Counted from the whole stretch's first letter, positions 24,509 to 37,407 are shown. The stretch: DNA of 63,981 nt, filler included, from Octopus bimaculoides (GCF_001194135.2; 4 parts of 4 records of this genome joined end to end with filler, not necessarily neighbours in it), one strand, 5' to 3'. Made by a program: numbers and translations. The notes: a model not told the origin generated them from the sequence alone.

Positions 24509-25339
24509 TATGTAAACCAAAAACTTCATAATTACCATTCAGTGATATCTAAATCTCTTCCATACAGTAGCTGACATTATGCACAAGCATTGAAACATTT
24601 ACAGTGTTTCAGCAAGATAATATNNNNNNNNNNNNNNNNNNNNNNNNNNNNNNNNNNNNNNNNNNNNNNNNNNNNNNNNNNNNNNNNNNNNNNNNNNNNN
24701 NNNNNNNNNNNNNNNNNNNNNNNNNNNNNNNNNNNNNNNNNNNNNNNNNNNNNNNNNNNNNNNNNNNNNNNNNNNNNNNNNNNNNNNNNNNNNNNNNNNN
24801 NNNNNNNNNNNNNNNNNNNNNNNNNNNNNNNNNNNNNNNNNNNNNNNNNNNNNNNNNNNNNNNNNNNNNNNNNNNNNNNNNNNNNNNNNNNNNNNNNNNN
24901 NNNNNNNNNNNNNNNNNNNNNNNNNNNNNNNNNNNNNNNNNNNNNNNNNNNNNNNNNNNNNNNNNNNNNNNNNNNNNNNNNNNNNNNNNNNNNNNNNNNN
25001 NNNNNNNNNNNNNNNNNNNNNNNNNNNNNNNNNNNNNNNNNNNNNNNNNNNNNNNNNNNNNNNNNNNNNNNNNNNNNNNNNNNNNNNNNNNNNNNNNNNN
25101 NNNNNNNNNNNNNNNNNNNNNNNNNNNNNNNNNNNNNNNNNNNNNNNNNNNNNNNNNNNNNNNNNNNNNNNNNNNNNNNNNNNNNNNNNNNNNNNNNNNN
25201 NNNNNNNNNNNNNNNNNNNNNNNNNNNNNNNNNNNNNNNNNNNNNNNNNNNNNNNNNNNNNNNNNNNNNNNNNNNNNNNNNNNNNNNNNNNNNNNNNNNN
25301 NNNNNNNNNNNNNNNNNNNNNNGCCTTAAAGAATATAAT

Positions 25340-25620
25340 ATATTGTTTTCTACATGCTGCGTGTTGTGTTCTTGAGCAAGGCACTTTATTTCACGTTGCT
25401 CCAGTTCACTCAGCTGTAGAAAGGAGTTGCGATGTCACTGGTGCCAAGCTGTATTGGCCTTTGCCTTTCCCTTGGATGACATCAGTGGCATGGAGAGAGG
25501 AAGCTGGTATGCATGGGCGACTACTGGTCTTCCATAAACAACCTTGCCCGGACTTATGCTTCGGAGGGTAACTTTCTAGGTGCAATCCCATGGTCATTCG
25601 TGACAGAAGGGGGTCTCCGA
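25340..25620 (+). mobile_element. SINE family C variant
   Basis: gtgttcttgagcaaggcactttatttcacgttgctccagttcactcagctgtagaaa. Confidence 0.8.
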
Positions 25621-25699
25621 CTGTACTTTATTTATTAATTTTTAGGCATGAAAATGCTTATTTTACCACAGAAATAATTCAAATCTAAAAAAATATAAA

Positions 25700-25834
25700 T
25701 ACTTATCAGCCACAGAAACCTGTGATATACTGAGGAGTCCATGATATAAATTTACATATATTAGCCAGAAAAATCTGCAATGTATTGAGGGCGCAATAGG
25801 TGAACCGCAATATGGCAAGTGATTACTGTATTTT
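25700..25834. mobile_element. Tigger/pogo-type MITE end
   Basis: gtgaaccgcaatatggcaagtgattactg|ta resembles the terminus at 30755 in reverse complement. Confidence 0.6.
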
Positions 25835-26242
25835 TAAAAAACCATTATGAATTGGAATCAAAAGACAATTTAAGTTAGTTTCAAATAGTATAGTTTCAAG
25901 TTTTAACCCTAGGAGTATGTACCTAATTAAGTTATTGTTTGCCCATTTACTGCTGTAGACTTTTGGAGATGTGATGTTATTGAAATGATAAAACAATTTT
26001 CAATTACTGTTTATTCAGTCTTACAGATAAAGTGTCAGATTTTCAGTGATCTCACATATACTTCTCAAACAAATAAACCTACACGCATAACGAGATAAGA
26101 ACAAGGGCAGGAGTTAATCAGGCTATCACCTAATGGATCGTTAGTTCAAATCTGCTGCAGGTGTAGAGGCACTCCTGGAAAGGGTACATTATTCTAGACT
26201 GTTTCAGTACAAGAAGACAAAAAACATCAGAACCATATTATG

Positions 26243-26560
26243 TGTGTGTGTGCATGTGTGTAGGCTTGAGTGTGTGTGTATGTGCACGCGTTTGAGAGTG
26301 CATTTGTAGTTGTGTGTGTACGTGCATTTGAGTGCATGCATGTTTGAGTGTGCATGTGTGTGTGTATGTTTGCTCGAGTGTGCATGTGTATGTGTGTTTT
26401 AGTGTGCATGTATTTCAGTGTGCATGTGTGTATGCTTGAGCGTGCATGTGTTTGAGTATGCATGTGTGTGTTTGAGTGTTTGCATGTGTGCTTGTGTGTG
26501 TGTGTGCATATGTGTTTGTGTGCGTACATGTCTATGCACACATACGTGTGAGTGTTTCTT
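26243..26560. repeat. Complex (TG)n/TGCATG microsatellite
   Basis: Degenerate tgtgtg/tgcatg/tttgag array. Confidence 0.9.
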
Positions 26561-28389
26561 TGTGCCTTCATATAATCAATGTATGAGTGAAAATAGTGTC
26601 AGCATTTATGTACCTTGTACAAATAATAGATGTAATTAGCTGAAGAGTTAATTAGCATATCACTGAAAGGCTTTCAAAAGGAGGTCACACACAGACACAC
26701 CAACGAACCCAGGGCAGAAGAAGTCCTTCAGCTGCTCATCTGAGATAATGTAACTCCATGCAAATCCTGCATCCTGATAACTGCTGGGCTTGTGACACTT
26801 GTTGCACCAGACGATACATGTTGGGAAGATAAAAGGGTGGGACTAGTTCTGCACAGACCATGCCCACTATAATAACAAACCCCTGCTGCCTTGTAGGATA
26901 ATTTATTTGGTGCTGTCAAGGACTTTTATAATGATGAAAGCAGCACCAGTCTGGCAAGACCCTGCCTTCTAGATATCAATAGCACTTCAACAGAGGATGT
27001 AGCCACCTACCAGAAGAGCATGATTACTGCTGCCTCTACTATACTTTCTGTGTACCATAATGTGAGAGGGAAATATTCTCCTTGTATATTCCCTCTTTGG
27101 TGTGGTTTCTAGGGCACTTTTTATTGTGGCACCACCACTAGAAAGGTTAAGTCTGTAACAGGATCAGAGTGTCCTCTCTACTCTGTAATGTCTCTCTTCA
27201 TTTACCAACTCCTTAATGGTGTGTATTAAGAGCATTTAGCACACCACAAACACTTGAGAGGCTGCCTTGCCCCCTGCAAGATTAAAGAGTCTTCTCTAAA
27301 TCATTCTTTCAAAGCAAACATGACCAGTGGTGAAGATAAGAGGGAATGATAATCAAGAGAGTGACAAAGAAAAGAACGATGAGAATAAGAGAAGGGTAAG
27401 AGAGTAAGGAGACACAGCGACAGTTATGTGTTGGTAAGAGAATGAGAGTAATGAACAGCAATGGAGATGATAAGTATAAGTGGTAGATATCAATGTAGGG
27501 TAACATGAGGTAGAAATCATATTCTTTGGACCCTTATTTCACTCCCTACAACCATAATCTTTATCATTCTGATTCCTTCTTCCTTCACAAAATCTATGTA
27601 TAAAGGATTGCATCAGACTTGTTTGTACCTGATACCCTATCATCATCCTTTCTCTTTTTGGCTCCTTATAACTGACATCCACCACAGTCCACCTCCATTA
27701 TAATGCATCACACTCTCTCCTCCTCCTCCTCCATCCTCTCACCTGAGTAACCCTCATCCTACCATAATACTCTTGCTTGCCCTCACTGACCCATCTCAGT
27801 TCTTCTTCTTAGGTTCGCCACTCTCACCTCTGTTCAAATTTCATCTCTGTCATGATGCTTTGAGCAAATGATAAAAAGAGAGAGCTCTCCGCATGGAATA
27901 GTAAAGGACAAGATAACCCCATTAATGCTGGAGTAACAATAAAATACACCCACTACACTCTGTGAAGTGGTTGGTAAATGAGTGAAGATGATGTACAGAA
28001 TGAGGGGAAACCATTGGTCTTGTTGAGTACAAGACAATCTCTCTTCTGGCAGCTGTCCCCTCCCATAGTTTAAAGCCTGTCATACACAGAGATAGACAGA
28101 AAGACAGACACACATTTGTGAGTGTATGTGTGTTTGTGTGTCCTCATTTTGGCCTCAAGTGCTGATAGTTAAGGTCACCATTCAAACAAAAGCTAAGTCA
28201 TTTGCTATTAACTTTCCATGAAAAACATGCCCAACTTCTAAGCTGTTTTTGTCGAAAGAACTGGAAGAAACATTACTTTGCTTGAAAGAGCATCCAGCCA
28301 CAGAGTATCTGTGGCAACAAATGTCATCTGACCCATGTAGGCATGGAAATGTGAATGTTCAAATGATCATTTTATATATATATATGGAA

Positions 28390-28778
28390 GTTGTCGAAGA
28401 GAGAGACCCAGGAAGTACTGAAGGCTGATCTTAAGGTACTGAGTTTTATGAAGAAGCTGACAAAGGACCGAGATGTCTGATGCGTTGCTGTACTCAAGAA
28501 GACCCATCCATCACAGCAGAATTGATACTGGTGCCACATAAGAAGCACTCATGTTAGTGCCATGGTAGAGGCACTGGTTCTGGTGCCACTTAAAAAGCAC
28601 CTGGTACACTCTGTGGAGTGGTTGGTGTTAGGAAGGGCATCCAGTCATAGGAAACCATGCCAGAACAGACAATGGAGCCAAGTGTGGTCCCTGGTCTTAC
28701 CAGCTCCAGTCAACTTGTCCAATCTGTGCCAGCACGGAAAATGGACGTTAAATGATGATGATGATGATGATGATGATA
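28390..28778 (+). mobile_element. RTE LINE 3' end with 3'UTR and (TGA)n tail
   Basis: GSCRRERPRK...ADLKVLSFMKKLTKDRDV, then UTR ending ccagcacggaaaatggacgttaaatgatgatg. An upstream related tail fragment lies at ~28180-28370. Confidence 0.85.
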
Positions 28779-28810
28779 TACAAACATAAAAATCTCTCTC
28801 ACATATATAA

Positions 28811-28844
<34 letters not shown>

Positions 28845-29923
28845 ATATATTCTATGTAGTCTTTGGTCATGGCCCGTTAGAAAGTTACCATTGATTTCAC
28901 ATCTATTATTGCTCTTAGCAATACAGGCAGCTCACATACATACATTTATAAAATTCTGGTTCACTACTATGTGTGTGTGTGCACACATGTGTCCACCTCA
29001 TGCCAGAAAAGAACCTGGACACTGGATGATGATGTATGTAAAGGCTTTTTTTGCTGAGTTTTAAACTAAAATATAATTTCAAACAAATCTTTACATGTAT
29101 TGATAAATTCTTCAACACCTGAACACAATAAAATATAATGCAAAAACGTTTCATATCAAGCATTTGGATCTTTAACTTCAAGTGAACGAAAGTTTTGATT
29201 TACAAGCTCTCTGGCCTTTTTAAGAAGCAGATATTCAAACAAATAGTTAAGCACACCTAACTTTGCCAGGGAACATAAATAAATAATGTAAAGATTCAAA
29301 ACTATCCATCCTTTCTCCATACGGCCAGGAGGGGGGTGGGAGAAAAAAGAAAAGAAAAATAGTATAAACAAACATAGCTCTAAAACACATATCAAATATA
29401 AACAAGTCAGTTTGTAGAGAGACTTGAATTTTTGAGACCTCACTTTGATATCAATAGGGACCTGGTATTTAAACAGAGTGACACATTCATGATTGACCAC
29501 TTCCTGTGTGTATGTATATATGTATATGTGTATGTATATATATTATATATGTATGTATATATATATTATATATGTATGTATATATATATTATATATATAT
29601 ATATATATATATTNNNNNNNNNNNNNNNNNNNNNNNNNNNNNNNNNNNNNNNNNNNNTTAATTAATTAANNNNNNNNNNNNNNNNNNNNNNNNNNNNNNN
29701 NNNNNNNNNNNNNAAACATTTCATCAAACAACCCTTCTGCAACATCTGAATAAACTGTTGACCACCACCACCACCGCCACCCAACCAACCAAATCCCCTT
29801 CTCTCCCACCTCGCACTCCTCTACACCAAATTTATAATATCTGAAATTTCCTTTTCGGCTTAGATTCATTTACTTACCTTCTTGCCCTTGTGCTACACAT
29901 GTTATCTACCTAAGGTTACCACC

Positions 29924-29955
<32 letters not shown>

Positions 29956-30289
29956 CCGGTAGTAGGGGCAGGGGTAATGAGGGTTGCACACAATTCATTC
30001 ATTCGTTCTTTCCCCCCCTCTTCCCACCACCACTCTCATAATAGAATATCAATATTATAATTTCACATCACGTACCACAACTTAACTCAATGTAGGTCAC
30101 CGCAGTCATCAAGTATTTGAGTTCAAATACACCTATCAAAAGCGTTCCTTTTTAGCTTTTTTAAAGTTTCTTTTGTTTGGTGTTTTTGTTCTTTTTTTAT
30201 TGTTTTGGTTTGTTTTCCTTGTTGGTTATTTTTTTCTTAGCTTTTAATACATCCTTCATCTTTGCCGAAATGTTGACATAAACCCTTTT

Positions 30290-30323
<34 letters not shown>

Positions 30324-30360
30324 TTCTTCTTCATCAATACGAGTGTGTGTGTGTGTGTGT

Positions 30361-30406
<46 letters not shown>

Positions 30407-30688
30407 AACTGCATACCTGCATTCAATCACATCGATATAAGCGTAAATGTACACACATACATACGTGCGCGCGGATATATGAATAGGTAGACAGACAGAC
30501 AAATAAACAGACAGATAGACAGACAGACAGACAGTCAGATAGATAGAGAGAGAGAGAGAGAGGGACAAAAAGACAGAGACAGGCAAACAGACAGAGACAG
30601 GCAAACAGACGGGCAGAGACAGACAGACGGACAGGCAGGCAGACAGACATACATACATACATACAGAAATGGTTCACCTTCAGCTTAA

Positions 30689-31164
30689 CCCTTTCACTAT
30701 AGAAATCCGATACATTCTCTCAAAATGCCATTACCCTTAAAACAGCTTTATGTACAGTAATCGCTCGCTACATCGCGGTTCACCTATCGCGGTTTATTAT
30801 TTAGGCTTACGTCGATTCATCTGTGGTGTTGTTTTGCATTTATAATAAAATAAATATATACAAATTATAAAAATAATAATAAAAAATATATACAATACAG
30901 TACTATTTCTACTTCGCGGATTTTCACTTATCGCGGGTTTTTTTTGGAATGTAACACCCGCGATAGTCAAGGAATTAATGTGCTTTATTGTATAGCAGTC
31001 TCTCTCTTTTGCTGAGGAATGTCATGTTTGAAAGTATTTTCTGTTGAGAAATATAGAGTTTACTGAGGGAACGGGATTTGCAGAAAATACCAATTCTATT
31101 TGTGTAGTAGATAACTAACATCATTACAGGAATAACCGTGAAGTTTAATTTCGCAGTTGAAGGA
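30689..31164. mobile_element. piggyBac-type MITE containing a nested Tigger-type MITE (30755-30980)
   Basis: Outer TTAA|CCCTTTCACT...CAGTTGAAGGA|TTAA. Inner TA|CAGTAATCGCTCGCTACATCGCGG...CCGCGATAGTCAAGGAATTAATG. Confidence 0.7.
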
Positions 31165-31357
31165 TTAAAAGACTGTACTCTCTCGGATTCAGTTCGCAAT
31201 TAACTGAGTTCCTTTAATGCTCAAAACCGTTTCAAGTGTTTATATCGATCCCTTGAATAAACGCATATACCCTATTCTAAGGACCAATATCGACCACTTT
31301 TCTGACCCCTGCTTTAAACTGTAACTATACGAAATTATTTTGTTTTTGTTATTTTAG

Positions 31358-31406
31358 GGATTAGCAAGGAGAGAGAGGATCAGTCGCAAAGCTGGATTAA
31401 GACTTG
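31358..31406 (+). other. Putative 49-nt exon
   Basis: TTTGTTTTTGTTATTTTAG acceptor and TG|GTAAAC donor. Open frames GLARRERISRKAGLRL / ISKEREDQSQSWIKT. Confidence 0.35.
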
Positions 31407-31900
31407 GTAAACCTTAAAACCATGTAAACCGTATGAAAGCTCTTTGTTAAAAAAAAAAAACGTTTGACGAAACCTAGCAAAAACAATTTTGTGGCCTCCG
31501 TGAAAAGGATGGGGCTCTAAGTAGTTTGTTTAGTTAGCTTATGTCTAAATCCAATACTGGACGTTAGCCATGGCCGTTTTACTGAACATCCGAGACTGAT
31601 GGAAGAGATAAAAAGAAGCAAGAACCATGGATAAAGGAAACGAAGACGAAACGCATCAAAATATCGGGAATTGGGGTGAAAGTTAGTTAAAGATAAAATG
31701 TGGGTTCTGTTAAAGTTACCCAAGTGCCAAGTGGAGGATTCAGTCCACGACGAGAGGTATGTGGTCACACGATACGAGAGAAGACACTACCTTGTTCGAT
31801 CTACTAGAAATGGCAGTCAATGATCCTCTAAATCGTGCCGTACTGTCTTAGAAAAACGAGGAACTATATACAGTCTCTGGTACTTGTGTATCCGTCACTG

Positions 31901-31948
<48 letters not shown>

Positions 31949-31999
31949 CCGTCACTGATATAAATATGTATGTTCAAAAAATATATAATGCGTCGCTTT

Positions 32000-32145
32000 G
32001 TGCTTATCAACCACATGGTTCTGGGTTCAGTCTCACTGCGTGGCACTTTANNNNNNNNNNCGGAAACTGAAAGAAGCCCGTCGTATACTGAAGGCGATGC
32101 TCCAGCATGGCCACAGTCAAATGACTGAAACAAGTAAAAAGAAAA
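32000..32145 (+). mobile_element. SINE family A with internal deletion
   Basis: aagaagcccgtcgtata is joined directly to ctgaaggcgatgctccagcatgg. Confidence 0.75.
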
Positions 32146-32238
32146 AGATTATAAATGCAAAATAACACACCGAAGGAATCGACGTAAACTTAAATAATAA
32201 ACCGCGATAAGTGAACCGTGATATGGCGAAGGATTACC
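32146..32238. mobile_element. Tigger-type MITE fragment, inverted relative to 30755-30850
   Basis: gaatcgacgtaaacttaaataataaaccgcgataagtgaaccgtgatatggcgaaggattac is the reverse complement of 30756-30815. Confidence 0.75.
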
Positions 32239-32599
32239 AAGTGTGTATGTGTGTATCGCTGATATAAAAGGGGCGGGTTGGTTGTGATCGAAAAATCTGT
32301 TCAATAATGACTAACCTTGAGATAAATATGAATAAAATATAGTTTTGTTCCATCCAAAGAATTTTAATCAACCAAATTCTCAACCCTTATTTAATCAAAC
32401 TGAATCTCTTACCTAAGCATGGCGCTGCGGGATCGAACCTCGTAAATTCAAAGCGATGTTATCAAAATAACTCCATGTGGTTGTTACGCAAATAAATTTT
32501 CAGAATCGTTAAAGTATCGGACAAAATATTTACATTATTTAGGTACAATCCTTTATGTTCCGGTGTCAAATTTTGCCGGGTTCGATTGCAGCTTTTTAA

Positions 32600-32815
32600 C
32601 AGTTTTAGGCATTCAGATTTTTATCATATGTTTATTTACTCACATTGGTTTGAATGGATAAAGCTTTATATCGTAGCTTCGAAATTTCAATGATATAATT
32701 GTTTAATTATAGAATGACATTAAAGGGTAGGTGTGAGAGACCAGGTGTGACAAGCTGGAAACATAAAACAGGTAGAATATTTTGGCAGGATATGGTCAAT
32801 TTTAAAGCTAATGGG
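32600..32815. mobile_element. piggyBac-type MITE (second family)
   Basis: TTAA at both ends; right end GCTAATGGG|TTAA; left TIR decayed. Confidence 0.6.
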
Positions 32816-33820
32816 TTAACGTTGTGGGACTGGGGTTGATGAAATAAAGAACTTGGTTTCTATTCCTGTGATGCATACATACTAAAAAGGGAACAAAAGT
32901 ATAAGAGAAAACAAAGAAAAAACAGCAAAGACATCATTGATTTATTGTCTTGAATTAATAGATCTTTCAGACAATACAAGATGACCAGATGATGGTCTGT
33001 TTCTCTTCAAANNNNNNNNNNNNNNNNNNNNNNNNNNNNNNNNNNNNNNNNNNNNNNNNNNNNNNNNNNNNNNNNNNNNNNNNNNNNNNNNNNNNNNNNN
33101 NNNNNNNNNNNNNNNNNNNNNNNNNNNNNNNNNNNNNNNNNNNNNNNNNNNNNNNNNNNNNNNNNNNNNNNNNNNNNNNNNNNNNNNNNNNNNNNNNNNN
33201 NNNNNNNNNNNNNNNNNNNNNNNNNNNNNNNNNNNNNNNNNNNNNNNNNNNNNNNNNNNNNNNNNNNNNNNNNNNNNNNNNNNNNNNNNNNNNNNNNNNN
33301 NNNNNNNNNNNNNNNNNNNNNNNNNNNNNNNNNNNNNNNNNNNNNNNNNNNNNNNNNNNNNNNNNNNNNNNNNNNNNNNNNNNNNNNNNNNNNNNNNNNN
33401 NNNNNNNNNNNNNNNNNNNNNNNNNNNNNNNNNNNNNNNNNNNNNNNNNNNNNNNNNNNNNNNNNNNNNNNNNNNNNNNNNNNNNNNNNNNNNNNNNNNN
33501 NNNNNNNNNNNNNNNNNNNNNNNNNNNNNNNNNNNNNNNNNNNNNNNNNNNNNNNNNNNNNNNNNNNNNNNNNNNNNNNNNNNNNNNNNNNNNNNNNNNN
33601 NNNNNNNNNNNNNNNNNNNACACACAAACAAACACACATATATACATACATAATCTCGTCATTAGCAGAAGTATGTTAGTCGTCTTGCTTGAATCCGAGT
33701 AAAAAAATAGAGGAAAGTAGAAAATAACTGTTTTCGAGTTTCTTAATTTCATATTTCATGTTTTTTTTCTTAGAAAATTAATACAGTTACAATTTTTTTT
33801 TAATATATATAAGCCTGGTC

Positions 33821-33873
<53 letters not shown>

Positions 33874-34134
33874 TACACCTTTAGTTTCGTAGTTCATATT
33901 TCGTCTCGTAAGATGGAACTTCAAGACATTACAAAGTAGTGGTAAATATTGGTGTTCACTTTGAAGATGAGGGATATTTTTATAGACAAAAACAAAAAGA
34001 CGATATTATGAATATAGCTGAGAATGTAGCAAGCTAAAGTAATTAATTATAATTCAAAATTGTTAATTCTTCGTAATTAATATTTTGTACTTCATTATGT
34101 GTGAACATCAGAAGATCCTGAATTTCAACGTATT

Positions 34135-34310
34135 TTGAATGATTGATAAGTGCGAGGTGTTTGTTGTATTTCTTGACATGTCATCCAGCTGCAAAAACCA
34201 TGCCAAAAAAGACAGTGGAGCTAAGTGCAGCTCTTTGGCTTGCCAGCTCCTGTCAAACTGTCCAACCCATGCCAGCAAAGAAGACAGACATTAAATGATA
34301 ATGGTGATGT
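34135..34310 (+). mobile_element. RTE 3'UTR fragment
   Basis: catccagctgcaaaaaccatgcc...gtccaacccatgccagc...ttaaatgataatggtgatg. Confidence 0.8.
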
Positions 34311-34396
34311 ATGCGCGCGTGTGTGTGTATATATTAGTTGAGCAGATGGAAATATATTTACGTATTTAGAAAAGTACATTTATGCTAAGCCATATT

Positions 34397-34518
34397 TAAC
34401 TTTTTTTGATAGTAGCCTGCCTGAGACTAACTCTGGTTCGCTGATACAAACTTCCTGTTTTAAAAGTAATTTAAATTAAAACCGCCCATCAAAATTCCAT
34501 TTTAATTCATGTTCCAAG
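34397..34518. mobile_element. piggyBac-type MITE (family of 13916), cut by gap
   Basis: gcctgagact...aaacttcctgttttaaaagt.atttaaattaaaac...catcaaaatt...catgttcca. Confidence 0.65.
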
Positions 34519-35381
34519 NNNNNNNNNNTTTTTTATTATGATAAATATTATCATACATAGAGGGGACAAAACAGGACAATACAAACAATAATCGTTATTG
34601 TGAGTTCGAATGACACCCAGGTTCAAAAATTATGAATGATATATAAAAACTGAAATTTTGACTTTTTTTTTTTTTACTTTAACCTGATGGGCTGAAAAGC
34701 CCAGCAGCTACACCTTTTCCTTTTCCCATGAAGGATTAAGCAGGGTCAATTGCACCCACCTTTCTTACCACAGCCTTACGATTTGAGTTTGGGGAGGGGC
34801 TGCACAAATTCGGCTACCTCCCCATCCTTTTCTTTCATTGGTGCAGCCTCTGGGCTTTATTAATAATTTTTCTCAGCCATTTCGGAGCTGACATCTTTGA
34901 TATCTTCGGGATACCTTTCCTTCAGCTCCAGAAGTAGGCCTGCATCCATTTTAGCAAGTCTAATGTTCAGGGGCGTGTCCTCACCGGGCCACCAGAGATT
35001 TATTCTTTATTACTGGCACAAGGCCCAACACAGAAGGGGCATACAGAGACATGCGGAACACAAAACGCATGAACGGATAAATATGAAATGAATTAAATTA
35101 CAATGGAAATGAGACGGCCATCTCGCTCCCGCTCCAAGATGAAACCATGGATTCCTTTTTCCTTTAAACCTTTACATTTTAAATAACAATTTCCAGCCCC
35201 GCTCTAAGGGGAAACCGCGACTTCCCTTTTCGCTTTCACCATACAATTTTAAAAACATTTTAAACAAATGCTCATTCATATAGTTACAGAATTTCTTTTC
35301 TTTTTTTTTTTTTGGAAACAAAAAGTTTAACCAAATGTTTTTCTCAGTCTTTCACAGTTTCTAAAATAAATCACTACTTAC

Positions 35382-35484
35382 CACTTCATCTTCTCATTTC
35401 CGTCCACATAATTCGCCACCGAGGCGCGAGGTTCAACATCTGATATTCTTTCAACCTTGGGGGCGTCCTATATTTCCCGGGCCA
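35382..35484 (-). other. Putative 5' exon ending ATG AAG TG|GTAAGT
   Basis: Acceptor CTCTTGCTTTCACTAG, consensus donor, CpG-rich. No frame is open across the whole exon, so it would be mostly UTR. Confidence 0.3.
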
Positions 35485-36152
35485 CTAGTGAAAGCAAGAG
35501 TTTACTCCAGCTTACAATATATAGAAAACAAAGTGACAATCAGCAACTGATCTCACAACAAGCAAAGTAGCTTGTTAGAAAATCTCTATGAGAGATGAAA
35601 GTAGTAACCATACAGAGAAGTAATGTTTACTACCACATCAATATGGCTGTTTGATTTTACTACCCTTTAACCCTAGGCTGAGCCTCTGCCAGCTGGTTAT
35701 CGATGCAATCTGTACCTGGTATATATTGCAAGCAGGGGAGCAAACCCCTTTTGCTAAATTTGTCATTATTGTCAAAACTATATTTCAATAGAAATAGAGC
35801 AACAAAAGGGCTAAACTAGCGAGAGAGAGAAAGAAACTTAGTTTGTAAACCCTAAATATTTTGGTAAGTCATGTGATGCCGTCTCATGGGGTACAGCATC
35901 TTCTAGGAGTTCCAGAGTTAAAAATACACAGTGGTGGGCTGTGAATAGGGTTATGTGAATGAGCAGAATTATTAGAGCATTGAATAGACTCCCTGGGCAG
36001 CATTTGTTCTGGACGTCTGAGTTCAAATCCAGCCAAGGAGACAACATTTATTCTGAAACCATATCTGCTTTGTATGAGTCAAATGTGTACGTTTGCATTT
36101 ATTTGTTTATTTATTTGTTTTATTTACTGATTTATTTATTCATCTTCTTCAG

Positions 36153-36269
36153 CATCATCACCTTATGAAGTGCATCCTGTGGTTGATCAGCACAATACCA
36201 GCATCCTGTGTCAATTCACTACACAGATAGCAATAGCAAGATGCTTTTTTGATTAATAGAACTGATAAG
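36153..36269 (+). other. Putative non-coding exon
   Basis: TTCATCTTCTTCAG acceptor and AAG|GTATGT donor, but stops occur in all three frames. Confidence 0.25.
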
Positions 36270-36340
36270 GTATGTGTATGTGTGTATTGTTTGCTTGTGT
36301 GTCATTGATTCACTCACTACATGTGAATATATATTTACAA

Positions 36341-36382
<42 letters not shown>

Positions 36383-37407
36383 ATGTGTGTGTGTGTGTGT
36401 GTGTGTGTTTTATGCTTTTATAACCCGAGACAGCTGAACTGGGTAAACAGTATGGAGCGAGATAGGACAAGAGAGATGGGTAAAAAGGGGATGAGATTCT
36501 GTAGATAAGCAGCAGTGGTGGTGGTGGTGGTGATGGTGGTGAGTTGTGGGGGGTGACCTGATTGCATGGATGAATGGTTGACTGGTTGTATTAGAATATA
36601 CACTGTATGCTGCCATATAAGACCTTACGCCACCTCTACCACACACACAAGCACTCACACACACATGCACACTAATATAGAACAACCCATAATTCTGTAA
36701 TGAAATATTGATTATTGTATGTATGTATATACACACACACACACACACACACACATATATGAATGTAATGAATACATATAATAAGTGTAGAGTGGTTGTG
36801 TGGATGATGATGATAATGATGATGATATATATATNNNNNNNNNNNNNNNNNNNNNNNNNNNNNNNNNNNNNNNNNNNNNNNNNNNNNNNNNNNNNNNNNN
36901 NNNNNNNNNNNNNNNNNNNNNNNNNNNNNNNNNNNNNNNNNNNNNNNNNNNNNNNNNNNNNNNNNNNNNNNNNNNNNNNNNNNNNNNNNNNNNNNNNNNN
37001 NNNNNNNNNNNNNNNNNNNNNNNNNNNNNNNNNNNNNNNNNNNNNNNNNNNNNNNNNNNNNNNNNNNNNNNNNNNNNNNNNNNNNNNNNNNNNNNNNNNN
37101 NNNNNNNNNNNNNNNNNNNNNNNNNNNNNNNNNNNNNNNNNNNNNNNNNNNNNNNNNNNNNNNNNNNNNNNNNNNNNNNNNNNNNNNNNNNNNNNNNNNN
37201 NNNNNNNNNNNNNNNNNNNNNNNNNNNNNNNNNNNNNNNGTGTGTGTGTTGAATTAATGATATTAAAGAACTTTTAAGATTAACAATGGAGTATTTACTG
37301 ATGACCTGACTCTATACTGATTATAGAGTCAATGCTAGAGTCAAATTTATTGTGAAGATCATGTTAACTAGGACTTAGTAAAAAAAAAAGGGTAAACTTA
37401 CCTTCTT

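Larger units (their letters stand above)
29879..35600. promoter_or_regulatory. CpG-retaining, promoter-like zone with several strong splice donors
   Basis: By eye it has many more CpGs than the flanks. Minus-strand GTAAGT/GTAAGA donors at ~29878, 32412 and 35381; plus-strand donors at 31407 and ~31758. Confidence 0.35.

Noticed and set aside
26227-26639. His/Thr-rich and Cys/Val-rich ORFs
   Set aside because: These are microsatellite translations. The same applies to similar ORFs at 30.2, 36.3, 46.0, 58.1 and 63.2-63.9 kb.
26700-27830. GC-richer block with a purine-to-pyrimidine skew switch near 27520
   Set aside because: It is probably very old LINE debris. I could not recover a diagnostic motif or show that the halves are inverted copies.
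29658-29669. Identical TTAATTAATTAA island between N-runs (also 43459-43470 and 61845-61856)
   Set aside because: It is always flanked by ~44-45 Ns on each side and gives stops in all six frames, so it is an assembly/scaffolding spacer and not biology.
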